Assembly: GCA_030550585.1 (NCBI GenBank) | Contig: JAUQPB010000003.1 | Location: 164,333 to 228,332, forward strand | DNA length: 64,000 nucleotides | Source: Thermoproteota archaeon | GTDB lineage: Archaea > Thermoproteota > Thermoprotei_A > Sulfolobales > Ignisphaeraceae | Direction: 5' to 3' | Shown here: positions 9,299 through 18,577 of the stretch, piece after piece | How positions within the stretch are numbered: position 1 is the first letter of the stretch | Layout: each line of letters opens with the position of its first letter | The notes under the pieces: model-generated | Databases searched by the model: none | What the model saw: the letters and a program-made list of their open reading frames with translations, nothing else | Told to the model about the DNA's origin: nothing | Made by a program: the position numbers and the translations under genes

Positions 9299-12154
9299 TT
9301 ACTTGTTTTTAAGAGCAGCTTGGGCAGCAGCTAATCTGGCCACAGGGACTCTGAATGGAGATGCGCTGACATAGTCTAGTCCTGCTTTGTGTAGGAACAT
9401 TATCGAGGCTGGGTCGCCTCCGTGCTCTCCGCAAATTCCGATTTCTATCTTGGGGTTGCTTGCTCTTGCCATTTTAACAGCCATCTCAATTAACCTACCA
9501 ACGCCTTTCACATCCAAGGTTTCAAATGGGTTGGCTGGCAGTATCTTCTCCTGTAGGTATAGAGGTAGGAACTTGTTCTCCGCATCATCTCTACTGAAGC
9601 TGAACGTTGCTTGCGTGAGGTCGTTTGTACCGAAGCTTATGAAGTCTATCTCTTTTGCTATCTCATCCATTACTAGACATGCTCTAACTGTCTCGACCAT
9701 AGTGCCTATCTTAACATCTAGCTCAACGCCATATCTCTTCTTAACATCTTCTAGTGCAGGCAGTATAGCCTTCTGTTTAACATATCTGATCTCATTTACG
9801 TCTGCTACCTGAGGTATCATTATCTCCACTATTGGTTTGTAACCCTCCTTCTTAAGTTCAGCAGCCGCCTCCAATATGGCTGTTGCAAGGTAGTAGTAGA
9901 ACTCTGGGTATGACACACCTACTCTTACACCTCTGTGGCCCAACATTGGGTTAGCTTCTTGCAGTATCGAAACCCTCTTGTATAGCCACTCCTTCTCCTT
10001 GATTACATCCTCTGGAGCGTTCTTCATCTTAAGTTCATAGATTTCTCTTAGAACCTCCTCAGGCTTTGGCAAGAATTCGTGGAGTGGTGGATCAATTAGT
10101 CTGACAATCACAGGCTTTCCATTCATTATCTTGAAGATTTCCTTGAAGTCCTGCTTAATCATTTCGGCCAAAGGCTTTAGATGCTTGACCCTCTCCTCAG
10201 TGTTCTCAGCTAATATAACCTTCCTGAGCAACTCCAACCTCTCTGGCTTTCTAAACATCCTCTCTATTCGCAGTAAACCAATACCTTCAGCACCAAACTT
10301 CAAAGCTATTTCTGCATCTGTTGGAACATCAGCATTGGCTCTCACACCAAGCTTCCTGATTTTATCAGCCCATTCAAGTAGCTCGGCAAGTTCTGGTATA
10401 AGCCCTGCTTCAACTGTTGGGACAACACCTAGATACACATTACCTGAGTTGCCATCGATTGTAATCCAGTCACCTTCCCTTACAACAATGTTGCCAACTC
10501 TAAAGTACTTCTCTTCCTCGTGAACCTCCAGAGCCTCTGCCCCAACAACAGCTGTCTTACCTATTGCTCTTGCTACAACTGCAGCATGGCTTGTCATACC
10601 ACCTCTGCTCGTCAATATTCCAACTGCTGCATAGAATCCGTGAACATCGTCAGGCTTTGTCTCTGTTCTTACAAGTATAACCTTCTTACCCTCCTTAGCC
10701 CATCTAACTGCATCATCAGGGTGGAAAACTGCCTGTCCACTTACAGCACCTGGGGATGCTGGAAGCCCTTTCGCTATCGGGGTTGCCTTCGCCTTGGGAT
10801 CTATTCTTGGATAGAGCAATTGAATAACATGCTCTGGGCTTACCTTAAGTATCGCCTCTTCTTTTGTCAATATACCCTCTTTGACCATGTCAACAACTGT
10901 TTTAACTCTTGCCAGCGGAGTCATCTTTGCATCTCTGCATTGCAAGAAGTATAGCTTGCCTCTTTCAACTGTAAACTCTATGTCTTGAACATCCTTGTTC
11001 ACCTTCTCTAGTAGTTTGGCAGCGTTATAGAGATCCTCATATAGCTTTGGATTAATTCTCTTTAACTCTGATACGGGATATGGTGTTCTTATACCTGCTA
11101 CAACATCTTCTCCTTGAGCATTTGGCAAGAACTCACCATATAAGACATTCTCTCCCGTAGCAACATCTCTACTGAATACAACACCTGTCCCACTATCCCA
11201 GCCCATGTTGCCGAATACCATTGTGACTACATTAACAGCTGTACAGTGTGCTATGTCTGGCGTTATCTTGTTCATTATCCTGTAGAATATTGCTCTTGGA
11301 TTCATCCACGATCTGAACACAGCCTTTATAGCTAGTTCCAGTTGCTTCCATGGATCTTGTGGAAACTCACCCCAATTCTTCCTAACGACTTCTTTATATC
11401 TTTCAACAAGTTCCTTCATGTACTCAACAGATCTCTGCCACATCCTTGGCGCTATATCTCTAGGTGGTTGTGCATCTAGTCTAGGTGTGTAAACAGGTAT
11501 TCTTTCTTTAATTTTCTGAAGCTCGTCACCAAACTTCTCCTCTACCTCCTTCTTGTACTTTTCATTGAGTTCATCAAATACAGCGTTGAACAGCTTTTCA
11601 TCGATTCCTAGCACTATCTTTCCGAACATGTTGATGAATCTTCTATAAGCATCATATGCAAACCACTCGTTATCAGCAAGTTTTGCTAGCCCCACAACCA
11701 CTTGATCATTTAGACCGAGGTTAAGGACTGTATCCATCATTCCAGGCATTGAAATTGGTGCACCGCTTCTCACTGATACAAGTAGTGGATTGTTGGGATC
11801 TCCAAACTTCTTACCTGTTTTCTTCTCAAGAATTCTTACATGCTCTACAACCTGATCCCATAGCCCTGGTGGCAACTGTAAAGAGTCTATAATGCTCCAA
11901 ACTTTTTCTATCAACTTGTCTCTAACTTCTGGTGGAGGATTCTTTGCAAGCTCAGCCTCTAGCGCATCTATCTCAGCTTTTCTAGGTGCATAGAAATCCA
12001 CACATGTATCGGTAGTTATTATGAATCCTGGTGGTACTGGAAGACCGAGCTTTGACATTTGTATTAAGCTTACTCCTTTACCACCAAATAGCTTCTTGTT
12101 CTTCTCATCTGCTTCCTCAAATTGATACACATACTTCTTTGCAGTTATAGGCAT
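9299..12154 (-). CDS. ppdK: Pyruvate, phosphate dikinase
   Basis: LLVSVRSGA..SMPGMMDT, phospho-His motif GGMTSHAAVVAR, GTNDLTQ and GICGEHGGDP. Confidence 0.96.
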   Translation of the reverse strand: MPITAKKYVYQFEEADEKNKKLFGGKGVSLIQMSKLGLPVPPGFIITTDTCVDFYAPRKAEIDALEAELAKNPPPEVRDKLIEKVWSIIDSLQLPPGLWDQVVEHVRILEKKTGKKFGDPNNPLLVSVRSGAPISMPGMMDTVLNLGLNDQVVVGLAKLADNEWFAYDAYRRFINMFGKIVLGIDEKLFNAVFDELNEKYKKEVEEKFGDELQKIKERIPVYTPRLDAQPPRDIAPRMWQRSVEYMKELVERYKEVVRKNWGEFPQDPWKQLELAIKAVFRSWMNPRAIFYRIMNKITPDIAHCTAVNVVTMVFGNMGWDSGTGVVFSRDVATGENVLYGEFLPNAQGEDVVAGIRTPYPVSELKRINPKLYEDLYNAAKLLEKVNKDVQDIEFTVERGKLYFLQCRDAKMTPLARVKTVVDMVKEGILTKEEAILKVSPEHVIQLLYPRIDPKAKATPIAKGLPASPGAVSGQAVFHPDDAVRWAKEGKKVILVRTETKPDDVHGFYAAVGILTSRGGMTSHAAVVARAIGKTAVVGAEALEVHEEEKYFRVGNIVVREGDWITIDGNSGNVYLGVVPTVEAGLIPELAELLEWADKIRKLGVRANADVPTDAEIALKFGAEGIGLLRIERMFRKPERLELLRKVILAENTEERVKHLKPLAEMIKQDFKEIFKIMNGKPVIVRLIDPPLHEFLPKPEEVLREIYELKMKNAPEDVIKEKEWLYKRVSILQEANPMLGHRGVRVGVSYPEFYYYLATAILEAAAELKKEGYKPIVEIMIPQVADVNEIRYVKQKAILPALEDVKKRYGVELDVKIGTMVETVRACLVMDEIAKEIDFISFGTNDLTQATFSFSRDDAENKFLPLYLQEKILPANPFETLDVKGVGRLIEMAVKMARASNPKIEIGICGEHGGDPASIMFLHKAGLDYVSASPFRVPVARLAAAQAALKNK

Positions 12155-12292
12155 GCTAAAAGCACCTTTGATATTGCTCTCATGATCAGACTAAGATTAT
12201 ATGAATTGGTTTATAAATGCTACTCACTATAACTGTGTAAAGAATAATTAGACAAGCTAGAATATACTGTGATAAAAAATAATGTGTGACTT

Positions 12293-13048
12293 GTGCAGGA
12301 GGTGTATAACTTGGGCAACTTCGTCGGAAAAAACGCATCTGTAGACAGAACATCAAAAATAGGCAATGAAGCAACAATATACGGTCCTACAAGAATAGGT
12401 GCAAACACGTTTATCGACGATAAAGTCGTTGTTGGTTATCCATCGAAAAGAAAAATTATTGAGATGATGGAGAAACATATGGGCAAGGAGATTAACCATG
12501 TCTTTGATGAGTTGAGCGAGGGTAGCATAATTGGAAACCATTGTATTGTTAGACGTGGCACTATAATATATGAGAGAGTTGTGATAGACGATAACTGTGA
12601 AACTGGCCACTACGTTCTCTTGAGAGAGGATACAAGGATAGGTAAAAGGTGTAAGATAGGCTCGTATACAATAATAGATGGCTTTGTCACCATAGGAGAC
12701 GATACAGTTATACAGTCAAATGTGTACATACCGCCAAAAGTGACAATAGGATCCCACGTTTTCATTGCACCTAGGGTTGTGTTCACAAATGATAGATACC
12801 CGCCAAGCAACAGACTGATAGAAACCGTTATAGAGGATGATGTTGTCATAGGAGCTAATAGCACCATAGTCGCAGGTATTAGAATTGGAAAAGGAGCTGT
12901 AATAGCAGCAGGCTCAATAGTTACTAGAAGCATTGAGCCTTATACCGTAGTTGCTGGAGCTCCTGCAAAACCCATAATGAAAAGGGATGAATATGATACA
13001 AAGAAAAAGGATTATGAGAATGCTCTGAATAGGTTTCCTTGGAGATAG
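12293..13048 (+). CDS. Hexapeptide-repeat (left-handed beta-helix) sugar N-acetyltransferase, WbpD-like
   Basis: Repeated IG hexapeptides, APRVVFTNDRYPPS and VVAGAPAK. Exact start uncertain. Confidence 0.8.
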   Translation: MQEVYNLGNFVGKNASVDRTSKIGNEATIYGPTRIGANTFIDDKVVVGYPSKRKIIEMMEKHMGKEINHVFDELSEGSIIGNHCIVRRGTIIYERVVIDDNCETGHYVLLREDTRIGKRCKIGSYTIIDGFVTIGDDTVIQSNVYIPPKVTIGSHVFIAPRVVFTNDRYPPSNRLIETVIEDDVVIGANSTIVAGIRIGKGAVIAAGSIVTRSIEPYTVVAGAPAKPIMKRDEYDTKKKDYENALNRFPWR

Positions 13049-13153
13049 TCAATTCATTTAATGCTGCACACCTTTATAACCCAAATTAATACTGTAATCT
13101 ACTAGCAGTGCAGAATAACTAGTCTATTGTGTTTAGTTGTATTGGGTTTGAAC

Positions 13154-15973
13154 ATGGGAAAAAACAGATCATTGTTAGAATTCATGTCGAAAAGACCGCC
13201 CACAGAACAATCTACATCAACAAACAAAGATTCTAATCGATCGCTTGAAGCAGATGATCACATCAAAGATACTTTTACAACTACATTTACAACTGTGCAT
13301 GAGGATACTAATTTCTCTAAAATAAACACTAATACTATGAGCGAATATCAGAGGGTTCTAGAATCGTCTAATATTAACATTATAGTTCAGAAAAACTTAG
13401 ATACAAATGAACCTATCATAAAATCATTCTTTAAAAAGCGCAATGTGGTAGACTCTATTTCCTCCGCATATCTTCTTCATGTTGACTATGATGGAGATGC
13501 TAAGAAAGCTGTTTTAATCTTCTATGATCCAGAATCTAATAGACTATTATTTCTTTATGACAAGACAGGGCATAAACCATATTTTCTAACTGATATAAGC
13601 ATAGACAAGTTCAATGATAGGAATGATCCTGTAATTAAAAGAATTGTTTCCCATCCATCGTTTGACCATGTTGAAGTTGTTGAAAAAATCGACTTACTTT
13701 ACAATGTGAAGAGGGTGTTAACCAAAATTGTTGTGAAAGACCCCCTAGCAGTGAGAAGTCTTAGAGAAAAAGTTGCTAAGGCTTGGGAAGCTGATATAAG
13801 ATACCACATTAACTATATATACGACAATCTGCTTATACCTGGCCTTCCATATTCTGTAAATGCAGGTGAATTCAAAGATATTAGCAATATTGATGAGACT
13901 TCCTTAGTTGATAACATTAAGAAAAGCCTTGGTGTAGAAGATAAAGAATTAATTGATGTAGCCGTGCATCTCACTAAACTATTCGAAGCTAAATGGTTCT
14001 CGCCTAAGAGGTTGGCTATCGATATAGAGGTTTATACACCCTTTGAAGGGAGAGTACCTTCTCCTGAAACAGCTGAATATCCAATAATTTCCATAGCAAT
14101 GGCATCAAATGATGGACTTAAGAAGGTTTTAGTACTTTATAGAGAGAACCTCAAGGTTGTTACAGATATACCAAAGGATGTTGAGGTGGAGATATATGAT
14201 AGTGAAAGAAACATGATTTTAGACTTCATTAATCTATTGCAAGATTATCCAATAATACTAACATTTAACGGAGACAACTTCGATTTTAGATACTTGCTAT
14301 CCAGAGCCATTAAACTCGATATCGATGCCAAATTATTGGGCATAGAAATAAAGAAGGTTGTTAAAGGAAATAAAATAGAGTTTGAGGCAAAACTTAGAAA
14401 CTCGCTACATATTGATTTATACAAGTTCTTTAGCAACAAGGCCATCCAAACATATGCATTTGAAGCACGCTACAAAGAGGCTAACTTAGATACTGTAGCC
14501 CAAGCACTATTAGGCATCGGAAAAGTGCAACTCGATGAAGATCTAAGTAAAGTAAGCCTCGGTGATTTAGTTAGATACAACTTTAGAGACGCCCAAATAA
14601 CATTAGAGCTAACTACATTTTCAAATGAGCTCGTATGGAAGCTCATATTACTGCTAATGCGTATAAGTAAACTTGGATTAGAAGATTTGACACGTTCAAC
14701 GGTATCGATATGGATCAAGAACATGTTTTATTGGGAGCATAGAAGAAGAGGCTATTTGATTCCAAGAAAAGACGATATATTGAGGCTAAAAAGCAAGAAG
14801 GTAACAGAAGCAATAATTAAGGGGAAGAAATATGCTGGAGCCATTGTTATGGAACCGCCACAAGGAATATTCTTCAACGTTGTTGTACTAGATTTTGCTT
14901 CTCTATACCCCTCGATCATGAAGAGATGGAACTTAAGCTACGAAACCGTAGACCCAGATGCAAACACATGCCAAAAGATAGGTAATGTTTTAGATGAAAA
15001 TGGCAGGGTTATACACCAAGTATGTCTCGATAAACCAGGGATAACCGCTACAATTGTTGGTATGCTTCGAGACTTTAGGGTCAAAGTATACAAAAAGAAG
15101 GCTAAAGATAAAAACCTCGATGACACTACTAGAAGCTGGTATGACGTTGTGCAAAGAGCTATGAAGGTGTTTATTAATGCGGCCTATGGTGTTTTTGGAG
15201 CAGAGAACTTCTCATTCTATGCTCCATCGGTTGCAGAAAGTGTGACTGCAACTGGGAGAAGGGTTATCATGGCTACAAAAGACAGAGCCTTGGAACTAGG
15301 ACTCGTAGTTCTATATGGTGATACAGACTCGCTGTTTATATGGAATCCAGATGAGTCTAAGCTAAATGAGCTTAAAAAATGGGTTGAGGAAACATTTGGC
15401 CTTGAATTAGAAACAGATAAAATCTACAAATTTGTTGCCTTCCCAGCCTTAAAGAAAAACTATGTGGGAGTATTATCATCAGGTGAAATAGATGTCAAAG
15501 GAATGGTTGGCAAAAAGAGAAACACTCCTGATTTCATAAAACAGCTGTTTTCCTATATTCTCAAACAGCTATCAACAATAGAAGAGCCTGAAGACGCCTT
15601 TAAAGTAATAAATGAGATAAGAGATGAACTTGAGAAGTACTATATATTGTTAAAGTACAAGCTCCTCACATTAGATGAAATAGCATTTCAAACAACACTA
15701 TCTAAACCACTCTCCGAATACAAGAAGAATACCCCACAACATGTAAAGGCTGCTTTAATGCTTCAAAGATATGGAATGCAAATATCCCCTGGCGATGTTA
15801 TAACATACATTAAGACTAAGTCTAAGGAGGGTGTAAAACCAGTACAACTAGCAAAGGTAACGGAACTCGATGTGCAGAAGTATATCGAGACAATGAAGAC
15901 CTCTTTAGAACAGCTATTCACAGCCCTAAATATATCGTGGGAAGACATAGTTGGAGGAGGCAAAATAAGCTAA
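13154..15973 (+). CDS. polB1: Family B DNA polymerase, crenarchaeal PolB1 (Dpo1)
   Basis: Exonuclease motifs DIEV and FNGDNFD; polymerase motifs DFASLYPS, KVFINAAYG, YGDTDS and KKNY; YDKTGHKPY typical of B1. No intein. Confidence 0.95.
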   Translation: MGKNRSLLEFMSKRPPTEQSTSTNKDSNRSLEADDHIKDTFTTTFTTVHEDTNFSKINTNTMSEYQRVLESSNINIIVQKNLDTNEPIIKSFFKKRNVVDSISSAYLLHVDYDGDAKKAVLIFYDPESNRLLFLYDKTGHKPYFLTDISIDKFNDRNDPVIKRIVSHPSFDHVEVVEKIDLLYNVKRVLTKIVVKDPLAVRSLREKVAKAWEADIRYHINYIYDNLLIPGLPYSVNAGEFKDISNIDETSLVDNIKKSLGVEDKELIDVAVHLTKLFEAKWFSPKRLAIDIEVYTPFEGRVPSPETAEYPIISIAMASNDGLKKVLVLYRENLKVVTDIPKDVEVEIYDSERNMILDFINLLQDYPIILTFNGDNFDFRYLLSRAIKLDIDAKLLGIEIKKVVKGNKIEFEAKLRNSLHIDLYKFFSNKAIQTYAFEARYKEANLDTVAQALLGIGKVQLDEDLSKVSLGDLVRYNFRDAQITLELTTFSNELVWKLILLLMRISKLGLEDLTRSTVSIWIKNMFYWEHRRRGYLIPRKDDILRLKSKKVTEAIIKGKKYAGAIVMEPPQGIFFNVVVLDFASLYPSIMKRWNLSYETVDPDANTCQKIGNVLDENGRVIHQVCLDKPGITATIVGMLRDFRVKVYKKKAKDKNLDDTTRSWYDVVQRAMKVFINAAYGVFGAENFSFYAPSVAESVTATGRRVIMATKDRALELGLVVLYGDTDSLFIWNPDESKLNELKKWVEETFGLELETDKIYKFVAFPALKKNYVGVLSSGEIDVKGMVGKKRNTPDFIKQLFSYILKQLSTIEEPEDAFKVINEIRDELEKYYILLKYKLLTLDEIAFQTTLSKPLSEYKKNTPQHVKAALMLQRYGMQISPGDVITYIKTKSKEGVKPVQLAKVTELDVQKYIETMKTSLEQLFTALNISWEDIVGGGKIS

Positions 15974-16014
15974 ACTGATGATTTGACCTAGGATATGCTT
16001 GCTTCGACCCATAG

Positions 16015-16077
16015 TTTTGCTCAGCTGTGGGCCCTCATCATTAATCAGCGCTTTTAACCTTCATCATATTCGCAAAA
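16015..16077 (-). ncRNA. Box C/D guide sRNA (D' guide antisense to the tRNA-Lys(UUU) anticodon loop)
   Basis: Minus strand reads ATGATGA-aggttaaaagcg-CTGA-tta-ATGATGA-gggcccacag-CTGA, closed by a TTTTGC/GCAAAA terminal stem. Confidence 0.92.
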
Positions 16078-16133
16078 GCCGTACTACTTTTATTATATCT
16101 CGTATTGAAACAAAAATTTTTGGGAAAATCAAT

Positions 16134-16379
16134 ATGGGTTTAGAGGAGCTAATTGGAGTATTCAACCATTTTGCACTGTTAATCAACGGCAGTAGCACTA
16201 TTGCAAAGGTGTTTGCATGGATCGGTATAATACTAATTTCAATAGTAGCTGTGTATTATCTTGTGATAGGGATAGTAAAGTTGGCAAAAGCTTTTTGGAG
16301 AATGCATGTGAGATACCTTGGTTTAGTTGTGTTGATGCTAGGAATAGTGTTCATAGCCATCTCATTGATCTTGCCTTAA
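16134..16379 (+). CDS. Small membrane protein (2-3 TM)
   Basis: Hydrophobic helices. The annotated upstream extension overlaps the sRNA, so the start was moved to ATG 16134. Confidence 0.65.
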   Translation: MGLEELIGVFNHFALLINGSSTIAKVFAWIGIILISIVAVYYLVIGIVKLAKAFWRMHVRYLGLVVLMLGIVFIAISLILP

Positions 16380-16442
16380 ATTATATAAATTTTTTAAACT
16401 GGAGTTCATCGTTTTCTGAATGACTTAGAGAGGTAATGAATA

Positions 16443-16871
16443 GTGAAAGTACTGGTTCTAAGAGCTGAATTGGGTGAAATAAAGGAGAAGAATATAGTTG
16501 AAGGAGAATTTAGCAATGTTTTAAAGGATGTTGTAATAAAGGCTTTGACTATTTGGGAGCCGCAGAAATCCGACTTGATAGTGATGAAGCACAAACACGA
16601 AATAAGCATTAAGCTACCCATAAAGAAAGAGCAGTATGATCTCTATTCACAACTCAATCTTAGAAGAAAAGGTGATGTTGCAACTGTAGAGGTAACTGTT
16701 TATCTTGTGAGCTTTGAGAATCAATGGATAGATGATAATATAATTGATTCAAAAGTGTTTATTGTTGCGCCATACATAGATGAATTCATTTCAGAGAAAA
16801 TAGAAGAGTTGGCAAGAGGAATAACATCACCTGAACATGGAGAAGAGGAAGAAGAAATTGAAGAAGAGTAG
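16443..16871 (+). CDS. Conserved crenarchaeal protein (DUF2286-like)
   Basis: WEPQKSDLIV..LPIKKEQY..VYLVSFENQW..VFIVAPYI pattern and acidic tail. Confidence 0.7.
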   Translation: MKVLVLRAELGEIKEKNIVEGEFSNVLKDVVIKALTIWEPQKSDLIVMKHKHEISIKLPIKKEQYDLYSQLNLRRKGDVATVEVTVYLVSFENQWIDDNIIDSKVFIVAPYIDEFISEKIEELARGITSPEHGEEEEEIEEE

Positions 16872-16878
16872 TATTAAG

Positions 16879-17190
16879 TTATTGTGCGAGACCCAATGCA
16901 TTTAGTATGTCTTTTCTCGCCTTCTCTAGATCAACATCTAAGGTCTTTTCATTTATTGGCAATCTCGTTAGAATAGGCTTTATTTCCCCATTCAATTCTG
17001 CAAACAGCTGTGGAAGCCAAGCCATTCCAAATTCGTCTTTCTCACCATATGTATTTACAAACACATAATCCTCTTCAATTATATCTAGAGGTACCTTTAA
17101 TTGTTCTGCTATCTGTTTTGCCAAAGTCTCAAAGTACTTGTGTTGTGGAAGATGTTTTGCAGTTACTAGTATCAGTCTTTTAACATTCAT
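16879..17190 (-). CDS. Conserved crenarchaeal protein, probable Cys-less thioredoxin-like fold
   Basis: EEDY..YGEKDEFGMAWLPQLF; predicted beta-alpha-beta pattern with a cis-Pro-like LP. Confidence 0.6.
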   Translation of the reverse strand: MNVKRLILVTAKHLPQHKYFETLAKQIAEQLKVPLDIIEEDYVFVNTYGEKDEFGMAWLPQLFAELNGEIKPILTRLPINEKTLDVDLEKARKDILNALGLAQ

Positions 17191-17242
17191 TTTGATTACC
17201 TAGTATCTAGACTATACGAAAGGTATTTAAATTGTTATGAAT

Positions 17243-18397
17243 CTATTTTCTAAGAACTATTTCAACTACATCTTTATCATGTAGAATATGATCCAGACCC
17301 ACCCTCTGCCCAGGATACTTTACAGAAGTGCCCCAGACCCTAGCATAAGCAAACTTTTTCACAAAATCTTTGTGAATAGCTTTCGCTACATCAAGTACTG
17401 TAGCACCCTTTCTTAGCACTAGGGGTTTAGATGATGGCTCTCCATTGGGAGGCTTAGTGTATATTCTTATGATGTCGACTAACCTAAATATTTCATCTCC
17501 TATAACATCTTTTTTAAATCCCCTCACCGCCGAAACTGCTATGACAGGCAATTTTAATTCTTTTAAGAGGTCGCTACACAAGTTGTTTGCATCATTTACA
17601 AGATCTATTTTATTTAGCAAAACCAGAGCTGGTTTATAGACTACCCTCTCAAAAATTGCTTTTTCAACATCATCTAGATCTGCTTCACCATATATTCTGA
17701 CCATTGCATTATATATTCTATAGCTATTGAGAAGTTTGACCACATCCTCTTCTGTACCTAAAAACCTGCCGTAATTAACTATTCTTATCCCGCCAGCGTG
17801 ACTCTTTTCAATCTCTACAAACCCCCTAGGTTTTTCAATACTAATCCCATTATCGTTCAAAAATTCGACTATGTGTTTAAAATCACTTTTACAATCTCTT
17901 GAAGCGTCTAACACTATTATTATACCATCACTATTCTTAGCCAGACCAACAACTTTTGTGTTCCATCCTCCTCCTTCTGGTATTATTGATGGTGCTTCGA
18001 CTATCTGAAATTGTATATCTTCATATTGCATCATGCCGACAACAGGAAACTTAGTAGTGTATGGAATGTCTGAGACCTCGGCTTTTGCCCCTGTTAAAAA
18101 CCTTAGTAAAGCACTCTTACCAGATTTTGTGAAGCCTAGTAAAACTAGTTGGGCTGCCCCTTCTTTTTCAACAAAGAAAGAAAGACCACCTCCTGACTTC
18201 TTCTGCTTTTTTTCTTCGATCTCTTCTCTAAGCTCAGCCATTCTTTTTCTAATCCAGCGCACAAGATTCTCTGTACCCTTATGTTTTGGAACTGCAGAGA
18301 GAAACTCTTCTAGTGCACGAAGCTTCTCCTCGGGCGTTCTAGCCTCCATATATTTTGCAAACTTTGCTTTAGCTTCAGCAGGCAGGTTTGTAACCAT
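17243..18397 (-). CDS. DRG/OBG-family GTPase with TGS domain
   Basis: PKHKGTE, G1 GFTKSGKS, PYTT, NKID, and TGS motifs IHKDF..YARVWG..GQRVG..DVVEI. Confidence 0.92.
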   Translation of the reverse strand: MVTNLPAEAKAKFAKYMEARTPEEKLRALEEFLSAVPKHKGTENLVRWIRKRMAELREEIEEKKQKKSGGGLSFFVEKEGAAQLVLLGFTKSGKSALLRFLTGAKAEVSDIPYTTKFPVVGMMQYEDIQFQIVEAPSIIPEGGGWNTKVVGLAKNSDGIIIVLDASRDCKSDFKHIVEFLNDNGISIEKPRGFVEIEKSHAGGIRIVNYGRFLGTEEDVVKLLNSYRIYNAMVRIYGEADLDDVEKAIFERVVYKPALVLLNKIDLVNDANNLCSDLLKELKLPVIAVSAVRGFKKDVIGDEIFRLVDIIRIYTKPPNGEPSSKPLVLRKGATVLDVAKAIHKDFVKKFAYARVWGTSVKYPGQRVGLDHILHDKDVVEIVLRK

Positions 18398-18504
18398 ATT
18401 CTCTCAGACCTAACAAAAAGCGTATAGCACTAGCAACTCTCTTTAACTACTAATATATTATTTGGTATAAAAATTAATTAATTGTTGCATATTAATTAGC
18501 TATA

Positions 18505-18575
18505 GTGCTGTGACGTGATGAAGCCGAAGGCGCTGCTGAAATAAGGTTGATGAAGAACCCTTTGCTGAACAGCAT
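18505..18575 (+). ncRNA. Box C/D guide sRNA
   Basis: GTGATGA(18515)-agccgaaggcgctg-CTGA-aataagg-TTGATGA-agaaccctttg-CTGA(18568), with a GTGCTGT/ACAGCAT terminal stem and an AT-rich upstream region. Confidence 0.9.
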
Positions 18576-18577
18576 TG

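Noticed and set aside
15999-16133. N-terminal extension of ORF 15999..16379
   Set aside because: It overlaps a clear antisense C/D sRNA; ATG 16134 is the more plausible start.
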